Positions 50,594 through 60,124 of a stretch of 64,000 nt of DNA are shown here, one piece after another (position 1 is the stretch's first letter; the number at the start of each line of letters is the position of its first letter). The DNA comes from Clostridia bacterium (GTDB taxonomy: Bacteria > Bacillota > Clostridia > UBA1381). Below the pieces are notes generated by a model that saw nothing but the letters and a program-made list of their open reading frames with translations, was not told where the DNA came from and searched no databases. The stretch spans positions 6,388 to 70,387 of the forward strand of contig JAZRQO010000021.1 of NCBI GenBank assembly GCA_045649825.1, in the 5' to 3' direction. The position numbers were made by a program, and so were the translations under genes.

Positions 50594-50622
50594 ATTATAA
50601 CACGTGACATATAATTAGTCAA
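50594..50622 (-). promoter_or_regulatory. Sigma-A promoter of the SLH protein gene
   Basis: The minus strand reads TTGACT (50622-50617), 17 nt, then TGT-TATAAT (50599-50594). This implies a leader of roughly 155 nt. Confidence 0.6.
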
Positions 50623-50712
50623 TCTTTTTTTGCTAAGAAAAATATGTAAACTTTCTTTTTTGTAAATTACTGTCAAATACTGGGTAAATAACTATAAAAA
50701 ATGCCCAAACAA

Positions 50713-51135
50713 TCAAACTCCGCCTGTCTCCTCTATTGTCGGCAATATAACCACACCGCCATCACCTTCCCGTTCCGCCTCCTCGCACTGTTCATAACCA
50801 AAGCTTTCTTTAAGCAGATATTTTGCACCGCCGGACGCTGCTTTATCAAAGAGCATTCTTTCGATATATGCCTCTGTTCTGAGCAGTGCCCTCTTCACGG
50901 TTTCTTTGTATTCTTCGCTTTCTTCAAGGCGGGTAAGCTCCTCCTTTGATGATAACCCAACTGCATATGCCATTGATGCGAGGGTTGCAGGTTTTCTATC
51001 CGTCATAACGGGTGAACCTGTTTTGTCAAAAATCATATTGCCCTCACCGTCACGGACAAATTCAGGCTCAAGAGACTCAAAATAAGCATCAATCAGTTTT
51101 TGAAACTGCTTTACATTTTTAAAATTTTTTTTCAC
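50713..51135 (-). CDS. Phage terminase small subunit / DNA-packaging (GP3_package-like) protein, orphan
   Basis: FQKLIDAYFE...KPATLASMAYAVGLSSKEELTRLEE..YKETVKRALLRTEAYIERMLF...GGAKYLLKESFGY matches the pattern of TerS-like packaging proteins of Firmicute phages. GTG start with an AAAGGAGG RBS. Confidence 0.6.
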   Translation of the reverse strand: MKKNFKNVKQFQKLIDAYFESLEPEFVRDGEGNMIFDKTGSPVMTDRKPATLASMAYAVGLSSKEELTRLEESEEYKETVKRALLRTEAYIERMLFDKAASGGAKYLLKESFGYEQCEEAEREGDGGVVILPTIEETGGV

Positions 51136-51302
51136 GTTAATTCCTCCTTTAGCTATATTGTATCATAAATTCTGCGGAAAAAACGTCAAATTAAAAAAGA
51201 TTTAAAAACCTTCAACCCCCTGCCCCCCAATCTTGGGGGCATAAAGGTAATCTTTTTTTGAATAAGCTAATTTGCGCACGTTGCGCGCAAATTCCTATAT
51301 TA

Positions 51303-51331
51303 TAAAAAAAGCACATCAAAGTGCTTTTTTT
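51303..51331 (-). terminator. Weak intrinsic terminator of the LMW-PTP operon
   Basis: 5-bp stem AGCAC/GTGCT flanked by A- and T-runs. It overlaps the stop codon. Confidence 0.45.
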
Positions 51332-51768
51332 ATGTGTTCAATTAATCCCGTACACCCTTTAAGAACATCAGCATAAGTTACATCAAAGTTACCTGTGTAC
51401 CAAGGGTCGCTTATACTGTCAAAGCTTTCTGCAAACTCTAACAGCTTATATATTTTCTCGTCGTTTCCAAGTATTTTTTTCATATTCCTGATATTTGCGT
51501 CATCCATACCTATAAAATAGTCGTATTTATCATAATCTGATTTTTCAAGATGAACTGCTTGCCTTTTCGTGTATGGTATTTTGTGTTTATCCAGCACCGC
51601 CTTTGTTCCGTAGTGAGTATCGTTTCCGATTTCTTCATAGCTTGTGGCGGCAGATGCTATATATACTTTATCTTTAAGACCAGCCTTCTCTGAAAGATAT
51701 TTCATCACAAATTCACTCATTGTACTTCGGCATATATTTCCGTGGCACACAAACATTATCCGTATCAT
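51316..51768 (-). CDS. Low-molecular-weight protein-tyrosine phosphatase
   Basis: Active-site P-loop IMFVCHGNICRS and a downstream DP motif. Confidence 0.9.
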   Translation of the reverse strand: MIRIMFVCHGNICRSTMSEFVMKYLSEKAGLKDKVYIASAATSYEEIGNDTHYGTKAVLDKHKIPYTKRQAVHLEKSDYDKYDYFIGMDDANIRNMKKILGNDEKIYKLLEFAESFDSISDPWYTGNFDVTYADVLKGCTGLIEHIKKAL

Positions 51769-52650
51769 TCAATTTTTCCTTTCAAAATTAATATCTCCCA
51801 TGGCATGTATTTCATTTTCGTCATCAATAATTATTACACCAAATGGAACATTTTTATATAAATAATTCTCTCTTTCGCAAAGCTCCTTTGTTTTATGAGT
51901 TCCAAGAACATAAAAAGCCGTAGAGAGTGCGTCTGCAGCAGTTCCGTCTTGCGAAATCACTGTAACAGATTTTATATCCGTGTCTGCAGGGTATCCCGTT
52001 TGCGGGTTAATAATATGAGAATATTTTTTTCCGTCCGCCTCAAAATATCTGTGGTATCCCCCTGATGTAACCACTGCTAAGTCCGAAACATCTGTATACC
52101 CAATATAACCATCACCATCAGGATTTTGTATTCCTACTCGCCAAGGCTTTCCGTCGGGTTTTGTACCCACAGTCTGAACATTTCCGCCAAGTGACACTAT
52201 GGCAGATGTAACACCACGGCTTAAAAGAAGCTCACGCACTTTTTTTCCTGCATAGCCCTTACCAATACCCCCAAAATCAACCGAAGTGTTTTCCAAAGAA
52301 AGAGCTTCTAGTATTTCAAAATCATAAGGAACTCTAAATTTTTTATCTCTGAAGCCCCAAAGTTCAAGAATTGGTGAAACACTTATATCAAAAGCACCGC
52401 CCGTAAATGCTTTAAGCTCTTCGGCTTCAATTATCAGCTCCGACACTTCGCTTTGAGATACATCAATATTGTCCCACCTAAGCAAACAATCCAGCCTGTA
52501 TATTTCTGATTTAACGGCATCTGAATCCTCTTTGGTTCCGTATACAACGGAAGTCATATATGTATCCATAGCAAAAAAATCGTCTTCTACCTCATTGGAA
52601 CATCCCGCGAGAAGCAGTGCAAAAAATGATAACATTAAAATTCTTAACAT
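51769..52650 (-). CDS. apbE: FAD:protein FMN transferase (ApbE), lipoprotein
   Basis: Lipobox LLAGCS. ApbE motifs DFGGIGKGY, VSLGGN, VVTSGGY and HIINPQTG. Confidence 0.85.
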   Translation of the reverse strand: MLRILMLSFFALLLAGCSNEVEDDFFAMDTYMTSVVYGTKEDSDAVKSEIYRLDCLLRWDNIDVSQSEVSELIIEAEELKAFTGGAFDISVSPILELWGFRDKKFRVPYDFEILEALSLENTSVDFGGIGKGYAGKKVRELLLSRGVTSAIVSLGGNVQTVGTKPDGKPWRVGIQNPDGDGYIGYTDVSDLAVVTSGGYHRYFEADGKKYSHIINPQTGYPADTDIKSVTVISQDGTAADALSTAFYVLGTHKTKELCERENYLYKNVPFGVIIIDDENEIHAMGDINFERKN

Positions 52651-52654
52651 CAGC

Positions 52655-53164
52655 TTACCCCTTTTTAAAAAGACTGTGTACCGCTTTATTTTTTATGCAA
52701 AAACCACCTGCCCTTCCCGTAAACAAGCCTGCCGCAATACCAAGAGCACATAAAACAGGCAAATACACAAAAACAGCCGTACTTTTTAAAACAATTGCCG
52801 CAACCCCTAGCTGTGCGAAATTATGGGCAACCGCACCAAGCATACTGACGGCAGGAATAAGCTTTCCAAGCGGCAATAAGCTTGCAATTCCCATAACTGC
52901 AAAGCATACAATTCCCCCTGCCGCAGAATATAAAACGGCTATACCGCTGCCGCAAACAATGGCACCGATTATTATCCTGAGCATCAGAACTGCAAAAGCA
53001 TATCTTTTTTTCCACAAATAAATCGTTACCAGGGTGATTATATTTGAAAGTCCTATTTTAAATCCCGGAATAGGAACAGGAACGGGAATTCTGCTTTCGA
53101 TAACAAAAACTGTAAGCGCTATTGCAAGAAGCATTGCACCAAGAGTTATATCCCGTATTTTCAA
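52655..53164 (-). CDS. Gx transporter family membrane protein (HepS-I-like, PF07456-like)
   Basis: ESRIPVPVPIPGFKIGLSNIITL motif. TTG start at 53164, preceded by AGGGGGTG. Confidence 0.6.
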   Translation of the reverse strand: MKIRDITLGAMLLAIALTVFVIESRIPVPVPIPGFKIGLSNIITLVTIYLWKKRYAFAVLMLRIIIGAIVCGSGIAVLYSAAGGIVCFAVMGIASLLPLGKLIPAVSMLGAVAHNFAQLGVAAIVLKSTAVFVYLPVLCALGIAAGLFTGRAGGFCIKNKAVHSLFKKG

Positions 53165-53261
53165 GCTATACACCCCCTTGAAAAATCTTTTGTTAATTAT
53201 ACACCAACCAAAAGCTTTTGTCAAGGAAAACAGGCTGCCCTGTATGCAGCCTGTTATAAGT

Positions 53262-54893
53262 TTACGACAAATTTATACTTCTTATTTTCTCTCTCAATTT
53301 AAGCACATACGACGGAGAAACGGAAAGCTCATCTATACCCATTTTCACAAACACTTCTGTAAGCGAAAGGTCACCTGCAAGCTCTCCGCATATTCCAACC
53401 CATGCACCGCTATTATGAGCATTTTGTGCAGACATTTCTATAAGCTGTAATACCGCTTCGTGGTGAGGATTGCAAAACTCATCAAGCTCTGGATTTTGCC
53501 TGTCGCAAGCCAGTGTATACTGAATAAGGTCGTTTGTACCTATACTAAAAAAGTCTACAAGAGGTGCAAGCTTGCTGCTGATTAATGCAGCGGCTGGTGT
53601 TTCTATCATTATTCCGTGTTCAACAGTTTCTGAAAACTGTATCTGCTCCGCCTTAAGTTGAGCTTTTACCAAATCGCACAAACTCAGTATCTCCTCTACC
53701 TCACCGACGGATGTTATCATAGGGAACATTATCCCCAAATCCCCGAACACAGAGGCTCTGTACAAAGCTCTGAGCTGAACTTTGAAAACCTCAGGGCGTT
53801 TAAGGCAAAGTCTGATTGCCCTCATCCCCAAAGCAGGGTTTTCTTCAGGCTTTAAATTAAAATAATCAACCCGTTTATCTGCTCCTATATCGAGAGTTCT
53901 GATTATAACCTTCTTTCCTGCCATGCTTTCAAGCACGCGCTTGTATACCTGAAACTGCTTTTCTTCGTCAGGGTAATCCTCACTCTCAAGATAAATAAAT
54001 TCACTTCTGAAAAGACCTATTCCCGCCGCATCATTTATAAGAACTGAGGCAATATTATCTGCACTGCCTATATTGGCATAAATATTAATCCTCTTTCCGT
54101 CAAGGGTTATATCTTCTTTCCCTTTAAGTTCACGCAGAAGCTTACTTTTTTCGATTTCATCATTTTGTTTACTACGTGCTTTGCTGAGTGTTATCTCATC
54201 AGGATTTGAAACAAACTCACCTGTGAACCCGTCTGCAATCGCCATGTCGCCTTCGTTAATATCTGAAAGAAACTCATCTCCCAAGCCTATAATCGCAGGT
54301 ATATTCATTGTTCTTGCAAGAATAGCTGTGTGGGAATTTGAAGACCCGTGAGCTGTTACGAATGCAAGGACATTTTCTTTGTCAAGTGAAACCGTTTCAC
54401 TGGGCGCAAGGTCGTCGGCACAGATTATAACCTTTTCATCAGACTTTACATCGCCGCTTCGCTCCTTTGACAGGCAGGCTATTATCCTGTTTGATACATC
54501 CCTTATATCTGCCTCTCTCGCCTGCATATAGCTATCGTCCATTGCCGAAAACATCTCTCTGAAATTATCCGAGGTTACTGCAACTGCATATTCCGCATTA
54601 ACCTTTTGATTTTCTATAATGCTTAATATTGCATCGTTATAGTCTTCATCCTCCACCATCATCATATGGATTTCAAAAATCTGTGCATTGGTTTCGCCCA
54701 CTTCTACAAGGGCTTTGCCGTAAATCTCCTGAAGCTGTGCAAGGGCCTTTTCCTTTGCACCTTTAAACCTTATTATTTCCTTATCTGTATTCTCAACACT
54801 TTCACGTCTGACTTCAGGTTCGTTACGGTTAAAAACCGATACTTTGCCGATAGCTATCCCCGCATTAACGCTTTTACCCGTACTTTTTTTCAT
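53262..54893 (-). CDS. ptsI: Phosphoenolpyruvate-protein phosphotransferase (PTS enzyme I)
   Basis: Active-site region GSSNSHTAILARTMNIPAI and a PEP-utilising C-terminal domain (IGTNDL). Confidence 0.95.
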   Translation of the reverse strand: MKKSTGKSVNAGIAIGKVSVFNRNEPEVRRESVENTDKEIIRFKGAKEKALAQLQEIYGKALVEVGETNAQIFEIHMMMVEDEDYNDAILSIIENQKVNAEYAVAVTSDNFREMFSAMDDSYMQAREADIRDVSNRIIACLSKERSGDVKSDEKVIICADDLAPSETVSLDKENVLAFVTAHGSSNSHTAILARTMNIPAIIGLGDEFLSDINEGDMAIADGFTGEFVSNPDEITLSKARSKQNDEIEKSKLLRELKGKEDITLDGKRINIYANIGSADNIASVLINDAAGIGLFRSEFIYLESEDYPDEEKQFQVYKRVLESMAGKKVIIRTLDIGADKRVDYFNLKPEENPALGMRAIRLCLKRPEVFKVQLRALYRASVFGDLGIMFPMITSVGEVEEILSLCDLVKAQLKAEQIQFSETVEHGIMIETPAAALISSKLAPLVDFFSIGTNDLIQYTLACDRQNPELDEFCNPHHEAVLQLIEMSAQNAHNSGAWVGICGELAGDLSLTEVFVKMGIDELSVSPSYVLKLREKIRSINLS

Positions 54894-54910
54894 CGCGTAT
54901 CCCTTTCAGA

Positions 54911-55174
54911 TTACAGATTTTGTTCCATAAAGCTCTTAAGCTTTTCTATCGCTTCAATTTCATCTGTGCCTTCTGCACTGATACTTACAGTGTCGCCGCA
55001 CTTTATCCCCATACCCATGAGCGCAATAAGCTTTGTTGCATCTACAGAATTATTACCCTTTGTAAGAATAATTCTACTCTCAAAGGATTTTGCAAGCTTT
55101 GAAAGAACTCCCGCAGGTCTTGCATGAATTCCTATTTCATCCTTTATTGTATAACTGAACTCCTGCATAAACAC
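54911..55174 (-). CDS. ptsH: Phosphocarrier protein HPr
   Basis: GIHARPAG (His15). Position 46 aligns to Lys rather than Ser; see findings. Confidence 0.9.
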   Translation of the reverse strand: MFMQEFSYTIKDEIGIHARPAGVLSKLAKSFESRIILTKGNNSVDATKLIALMGMGIKCGDTVSISAEGTDEIEAIEKLKSFMEQNL

Positions 55175-55185
55175 ACCTCCCTTTT

Positions 55186-57267
55186 TTATTTTTTAATATC
55201 AAGAACTTTTTTGCCATGGACCATTTTACCTTTGGAAACAGGAGTGATGGCACTATAATCTTCAGTATTACACACAATCATTGCAGAGGTCAGCTTAAAG
55301 CCCTCTTTTCTTATGTTATCCATATCAAAGCTTATAAGAAGGTCGCCTTTTTTAATACTGTCGCCCTGTGATACGTGAGCCTCAAAGTATTTACCCTTTA
55401 GCTTAACTGTATCAATACCGATATGAAGGAGAACTTCGCAGCCGTCTTTTGAAAGGATATTTATTGCGTGATTTGTTCCGAAAACAGAAGCTACCTCTCC
55501 GTCGCAAGGAGCATATAGTTTGCCTGACATAGGCTTTAATCCTATGCCGTTACCAAGAACTCCTGTTGAAAATACATCATCTTCTACTGCCTCAATAGGG
55601 ATTATTTCTCCGTCCATCGGTGAATATAGCTCAGTATCAGAAACTTCCCTTTCGGCATTTTCAAAAGGAGCAGGGGTATGAGAAGCTCCGCTTTCCATAT
55701 AATCCTCAAGATTTGACTTTATAACCGAAACCCTGGGGCCGTATATAATCTGAACCCCGTTTCCTTTTTTAATAACACCCGAAGCTCCGCTTTTTTTAAG
55801 AGCAGGCTCTGAAACCTTTTCGCCATTTTTAACAGTAACACGAAGCCGTGTAGCACAGCAGTCAAGGTCCTGAATATTGTCCTTTCCGCCAAGTCCCTGG
55901 AGTATAAGCCCACTTGTTTCGTCATGGTTGGATTTTGCATTATTTTTTTCGTTCATATCCTTACGTGTATACAGTTTTGTTTCCTCACCTTCGGCTTCCC
56001 TGCCCGGTGTTTTGTAATTGAAACGGGTTATCATATAATAAAATACAAAATAATAAATAAATGCATACGCAATACCCACAATGATTATCCATATCCAGTT
56101 TGTTTTTGCATTACCCTGGAGAATGCCGAAAAGTACAAGGTCAATTATACCGCCGGAAAAAGTCATACCCACGCCAACTCCGAAAATATGCATCAGCATA
56201 AAAGAAAGTCCTGCAAGCACACAGTGAACTATATACATAAGGGGCGCTACAAACAAAAACGTAAACTCAAGAGGCTCTGTTATACCTGTAAGCATTGCAG
56301 TAAGCGCTGCAGAAAGAAGAAGTCCACCTGCAAGCTTTTTCCTGTCAAGACGTGCCGCCCTGTACATAGCATATGCCGCACCGGGAAGACCAAAAATCAT
56401 AAAGGGGAACTTACCTGACATAAACCTCGTTGCCGCAACAGAAAATTCGGTGGTAGACCTTGAGGCAAGCTGAGCAAAATATATGTTCTGCGCACCCTGA
56501 ACAAGCACTCCGTCAATCACCATAGATCCGCCAAGCTCCGTTTGCCAGAAAGGCATATAGAAAACGTGATGCAATCCAAATGGTATCAGTGCTCTTTCAA
56601 TTATTCCGTAAATCCACGTTCCCGCATATCCAGAACTCAGCACCAAAGCTCCAAGTCCTGAAATAAGCCTCTGCACAACCGGCCAGACAAAGAACATCAG
56701 CACACCAACGAGCAGGTATACTATACTGCATATTATCGGCACAAATCTTGTTCCTCCAAAAAATGAAAGAACCTGGGGAAGTTCTATTTTATAGAACCTG
56801 TTATGAAGTGCCGCCACTCCAAGACCAACTATAATACCACCGAAAACTCCCATTTGAAGAGATGTTATACCAAGTACCGTGGCAGTGGAGTTTGGAGCCA
56901 TCGCTTCCACTCCCCCGTTTGCCGCAATGAGCGTGCTTATTGCACTGTGCATTATAAGATATGAAACTGCCCCCGCAAGAGCCGCAACTTCCTTTTCACG
57001 CTTTGCCATACCTATAGCAACACCTATTGCAAAAAGCAAGGGGAGATTATCAAAAACCACACTTCCCGTCTTACTCATTATGTCGAGAACAGTATATAAA
57101 AAGCCGCCCTCGTATATTACATTGGTAAGTCGGTATGTTTCAAGGGTTGTGGGGTTTGTAAACGAGCTTCCTATTCCCAGAAGCAAGCCTGCAACGGGAA
57201 GCAGTGCAATCGGAAGCATAAAGGAGCGTCCCACACGCTGCAAAACCCCGAAAACTTTGTCCTTCAT
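55186..57267 (-). CDS. PTS glucose/N-acetylglucosamine-family EIICBA component
   Basis: EIIC membrane domain, EIIB motif DCCATRLRV, and EIIA motif LLHIGIDTVKLKG. Confidence 0.9.
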   Translation of the reverse strand: MKDKVFGVLQRVGRSFMLPIALLPVAGLLLGIGSSFTNPTTLETYRLTNVIYEGGFLYTVLDIMSKTGSVVFDNLPLLFAIGVAIGMAKREKEVAALAGAVSYLIMHSAISTLIAANGGVEAMAPNSTATVLGITSLQMGVFGGIIVGLGVAALHNRFYKIELPQVLSFFGGTRFVPIICSIVYLLVGVLMFFVWPVVQRLISGLGALVLSSGYAGTWIYGIIERALIPFGLHHVFYMPFWQTELGGSMVIDGVLVQGAQNIYFAQLASRSTTEFSVAATRFMSGKFPFMIFGLPGAAYAMYRAARLDRKKLAGGLLLSAALTAMLTGITEPLEFTFLFVAPLMYIVHCVLAGLSFMLMHIFGVGVGMTFSGGIIDLVLFGILQGNAKTNWIWIIIVGIAYAFIYYFVFYYMITRFNYKTPGREAEGEETKLYTRKDMNEKNNAKSNHDETSGLILQGLGGKDNIQDLDCCATRLRVTVKNGEKVSEPALKKSGASGVIKKGNGVQIIYGPRVSVIKSNLEDYMESGASHTPAPFENAEREVSDTELYSPMDGEIIPIEAVEDDVFSTGVLGNGIGLKPMSGKLYAPCDGEVASVFGTNHAINILSKDGCEVLLHIGIDTVKLKGKYFEAHVSQGDSIKKGDLLISFDMDNIRKEGFKLTSAMIVCNTEDYSAITPVSKGKMVHGKKVLDIKK

Positions 57268-57370
57268 ATAAAAAATCCTCCTGTATGTTTTTTAATACCA
57301 ACATTAAAGGCTGGTTAGACTATCTTTATATATCTTTCCTTTTTTGTGGAAAGATATTCTTTAAAAGAAC

Positions 57371-57410
57371 AAAAAAATAAGCAACCGTTTGATTTTTACG
57401 GTTGCTTATT
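57371..57410 (-). terminator. Intrinsic terminator of the MBOAT-DHHW operon
   Basis: 11-bp stem ATAAGCAACCG (57377-57387) / CGGTTGCTTAT (57399-57409), followed by a U-run on the minus strand. Confidence 0.8.
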
Positions 57411-57413
57411 CTA

Positions 57414-58610
57414 TTACTGATCGGGATTGTAAAGAGTGATTACGAAATGAGGCTCATATTCTGAAATATAGCTCGCAATGTCACCATGCCAGTTTCTCAG
57501 GTCTATAACTCTTGTTTCCTTTGCAGTAAGTGACATAAACGGTGAGAAAGGAAATCCGAATGAGTCCTGGAATATAAGGATTTTTTTATCGTTTTGGGAA
57601 TTGTGATTAACCATTTGCATTTCTGCCACAAATCCGTCCATATACACTGAATACAAATCGGTGTATATTCCATTATCGCCAAAGCCTGCTGCAAGCTCTT
57701 CCTCAGAGGGACCGAACTTATCTTTTTCTACACGTTTTGGGCTCATTACCATATCGTAGAAGCTGCCGCGGTTTTCGTATACCGCGTCACCTGCAACTCT
57801 TTTTATTGAGTAATCGGTATCAAATGCAGGTGTTATATATGTGAAATCCTCAACTCCTGCATAAAGGACGCCTGTACGTCTGCCCCAGGAACCGAGATAG
57901 CAATTATCCATAGTTGCGAAATCAAAATTACTTTTATCTGTTAAAAGCTCAATTTCTTTATCGGAGCAATAGTTAAAATTTTCTGAAAGGTATTTTGCAA
58001 ATTCTCCTGCCGCATAAAACGCAGTGGGGACTGTCCAGTGGTGGTCTGTTTTATAAAATAATTCGTTCAAAGGGATTTCAGTGTTATTTTCAAGAACAGC
58101 TCTCAAATCATACACATCCACATTCATATTCTTCATTTGAGATATAAACATATCTGCATTTGAATTAGCCTTTGTTGTGAAGCCTGCAGGCAATTGCTCT
58201 TTTGCATATGAGGGAAGAATCTTAAATGGCGCCTGAACATAAATCTGTGTAATACCCTCCGCCTTGCAGGCGTCGGTGATTTTACTCAAGTTTTCGGCAT
58301 ATCCCGAAAAGTCCTTATCCCCGGGAAGTGATGTTAGCTGCCCCCATTTATTTCTGATTATCTTACCTGTTTCGGGGTCCTCAACGGCATTGTTACCAAT
58401 CCATTTCTGGGTAAGTCCCTGGCCTTCAATTATCTCCTGCCTTAAAAAGAGATTTGTCTTAAAATCGTTTTCAAAACCGGTGATTGTAAATTCCGGTGTG
58501 CCGGATGATTTATATTTATTTGTAAGATTTAATACTGACATTATTGCCATAGCAAATATTATTGCGAGAAATAAGCAAACGGTTATTATCTGTTTTATTC
58601 TTTCTTTCAA
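57414..58610 (-). CDS. DHHW-family protein (partner of the MBOAT acyltransferase)
   Basis: Signal anchor and FYKTDHHWTVPTAFYAAGEF. The TTG at 58610 is preceded by GAGAGGTG. An alternative TTG at 58628 abuts the MBOAT stop. Confidence 0.8.
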   Translation of the reverse strand: MKERIKQIITVCLFLAIIFAMAIMSVLNLTNKYKSSGTPEFTITGFENDFKTNLFLRQEIIEGQGLTQKWIGNNAVEDPETGKIIRNKWGQLTSLPGDKDFSGYAENLSKITDACKAEGITQIYVQAPFKILPSYAKEQLPAGFTTKANSNADMFISQMKNMNVDVYDLRAVLENNTEIPLNELFYKTDHHWTVPTAFYAAGEFAKYLSENFNYCSDKEIELLTDKSNFDFATMDNCYLGSWGRRTGVLYAGVEDFTYITPAFDTDYSIKRVAGDAVYENRGSFYDMVMSPKRVEKDKFGPSEEELAAGFGDNGIYTDLYSVYMDGFVAEMQMVNHNSQNDKKILIFQDSFGFPFSPFMSLTAKETRVIDLRNWHGDIASYISEYEPHFVITLYNPDQ

Positions 58611-58628
58611 AGCCTGTTCACCTCTCAA

Positions 58629-60017
58629 TCAGAAATTGAAATAAATAAATACATTATATCCGCCCTTTACAATGTAAAGAACAGAAAGTGCAAAAATTGC
58701 AAAGTATGCAAGGGTTGAAACTATCCAGGGTATCCTTACTTTTTTGTTAAGCCAGACACCAAGAGGCGTCATACAAACAAGGCCCGAAAGAATGCCAAGC
58801 CCATGCTCACGGATATTCATAAGAGCAAGTCCGTCTCCTGTGAAATTAGGAGTAAACATACGAATCATATACTCCCATGCACCTGAAATTGACGTACTTC
58901 TGAAAAGTACCCATCCAAGCATAACAAAAAGCATTGTATAAATATAGCGTACCCAAGCCGGAATTTTATTAAAGGGCTTAAAATACTTCTCAAAGAACTG
59001 AAGTACGAAATAGAACAATCCCCATGCGATAAAGGTCCAGTTTGCACCGTGCCATATACCCGTTGCAAGCCATACAACAAAGAGATTGAACACACGGCGT
59101 GCAACTGTTTTAGAACGGCTGCCACCCAAGGGGAAATACAGGTAATCACGAAACCACGTCTGCATAGATATATGCCATCTGCGCCAGAACTCGGTAATTG
59201 ATTTTGAAATATACGGGTAGTTGAAGTTTTCTTCAAAGGTAAATCCGAACATTTTTCCAAGACCTATTGCCATATCGGAATAGCCCGAAAAGTCGAAGTA
59301 TATCATAAGCGTGTAGGCAATAATTCCAAGCCACGCCATAGGAGTTGACAAAAGCTCGGGATCCATATCAAATGCCATATCGGATACAAGAGCAAGGGTG
59401 TTTGCAAGCATAACCTTTTTGCCAAGACCAACAATAAAGCGTCTGATACCGTAAGAGAACATTTCAAGAGTTTCAGTCCTCACCCTTATCTGTGCCGCAA
59501 CCGTTTCATAGCGAACGATAGGACCTGCAATAAGCTGGGGGAAGAAAGAGACATAAAGAGCAAGATCGAAAGGATTTTTCTGGACCTGTTCTTTGCCTCG
59601 GTAAACATCAATAACATAGGACATTGCCTGGAAAGTAAAGAACGAAATACCGATTGGCAACGCTATATTCTTAAGTGGTATCATAGTTCCAAACAGTGCA
59701 TTTACATTGGCTATTGAAAAATCAAGATATTTATACACAAACAAAAGTGAAAGGTTAACTAAAACCGCAGCCGAAAGAAACACTTTTTTCAGAAACATAT
59801 TTTCCATTCTGTGCATAAGAAGTCCGAAAATGTAGTTAAGCACAATGGACGCAAGCATTACAAAAACAAATCTCGGCTCGCCCCAACCGTAGAATAATAT
59901 ACTCGCAATAAGAAGAACAGTATTTCTGACTCTTATTCCGAAAGGTTTCATAATATAATAAAGCAGAATAACTGCAGGTAAAAACAAAAACAGGAAAATT
60001 TCACTACAAAAAAGCAC
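58629..60017 (-). CDS. MBOAT-family O-acyltransferase (AlgI/DltB-like)
   Basis: The N-terminus (M)LFCSEIFLFLFLP and the FWRRWHISM...W.RDY.Y.PLGG histidine motif are typical of MBOAT proteins. Confidence 0.9.
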   Translation of the reverse strand: MLFCSEIFLFLFLPAVILLYYIMKPFGIRVRNTVLLIASILFYGWGEPRFVFVMLASIVLNYIFGLLMHRMENMFLKKVFLSAAVLVNLSLLFVYKYLDFSIANVNALFGTMIPLKNIALPIGISFFTFQAMSYVIDVYRGKEQVQKNPFDLALYVSFFPQLIAGPIVRYETVAAQIRVRTETLEMFSYGIRRFIVGLGKKVMLANTLALVSDMAFDMDPELLSTPMAWLGIIAYTLMIYFDFSGYSDMAIGLGKMFGFTFEENFNYPYISKSITEFWRRWHISMQTWFRDYLYFPLGGSRSKTVARRVFNLFVVWLATGIWHGANWTFIAWGLFYFVLQFFEKYFKPFNKIPAWVRYIYTMLFVMLGWVLFRSTSISGAWEYMIRMFTPNFTGDGLALMNIREHGLGILSGLVCMTPLGVWLNKKVRIPWIVSTLAYFAIFALSVLYIVKGGYNVFIYFNF

Positions 60018-60048
60018 CTTACATTACCTCCGTAACTAAATCTATATC

Positions 60049-60077
60049 ATTATATCAAAACACCCACGCTATGTCAA
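60049..60077 (-). promoter_or_regulatory. Consensus sigma-A promoter of the MBOAT-DHHW operon
   Basis: The minus strand reads TTGACA (60077-60072), 17 nt, then TGA-TATAAT (60054-60049). Confidence 0.65.
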
Positions 60078-60124
60078 CAAATTTCGACTATTAATAATTT
60101 TTCATATATTTTTGCATAATTGTA

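Noticed and set aside
57268-57370. Possible RAT/terminator antitermination element in the PTS EIICBA leader (hairpin ATATCTTTCC...GGAAAGATAT).
   Set aside because: The stem is AT-rich with no following U-tract. There is no similarity to the GlcT/BglG RAT consensus as I recall it, and no antiterminator gene is nearby.
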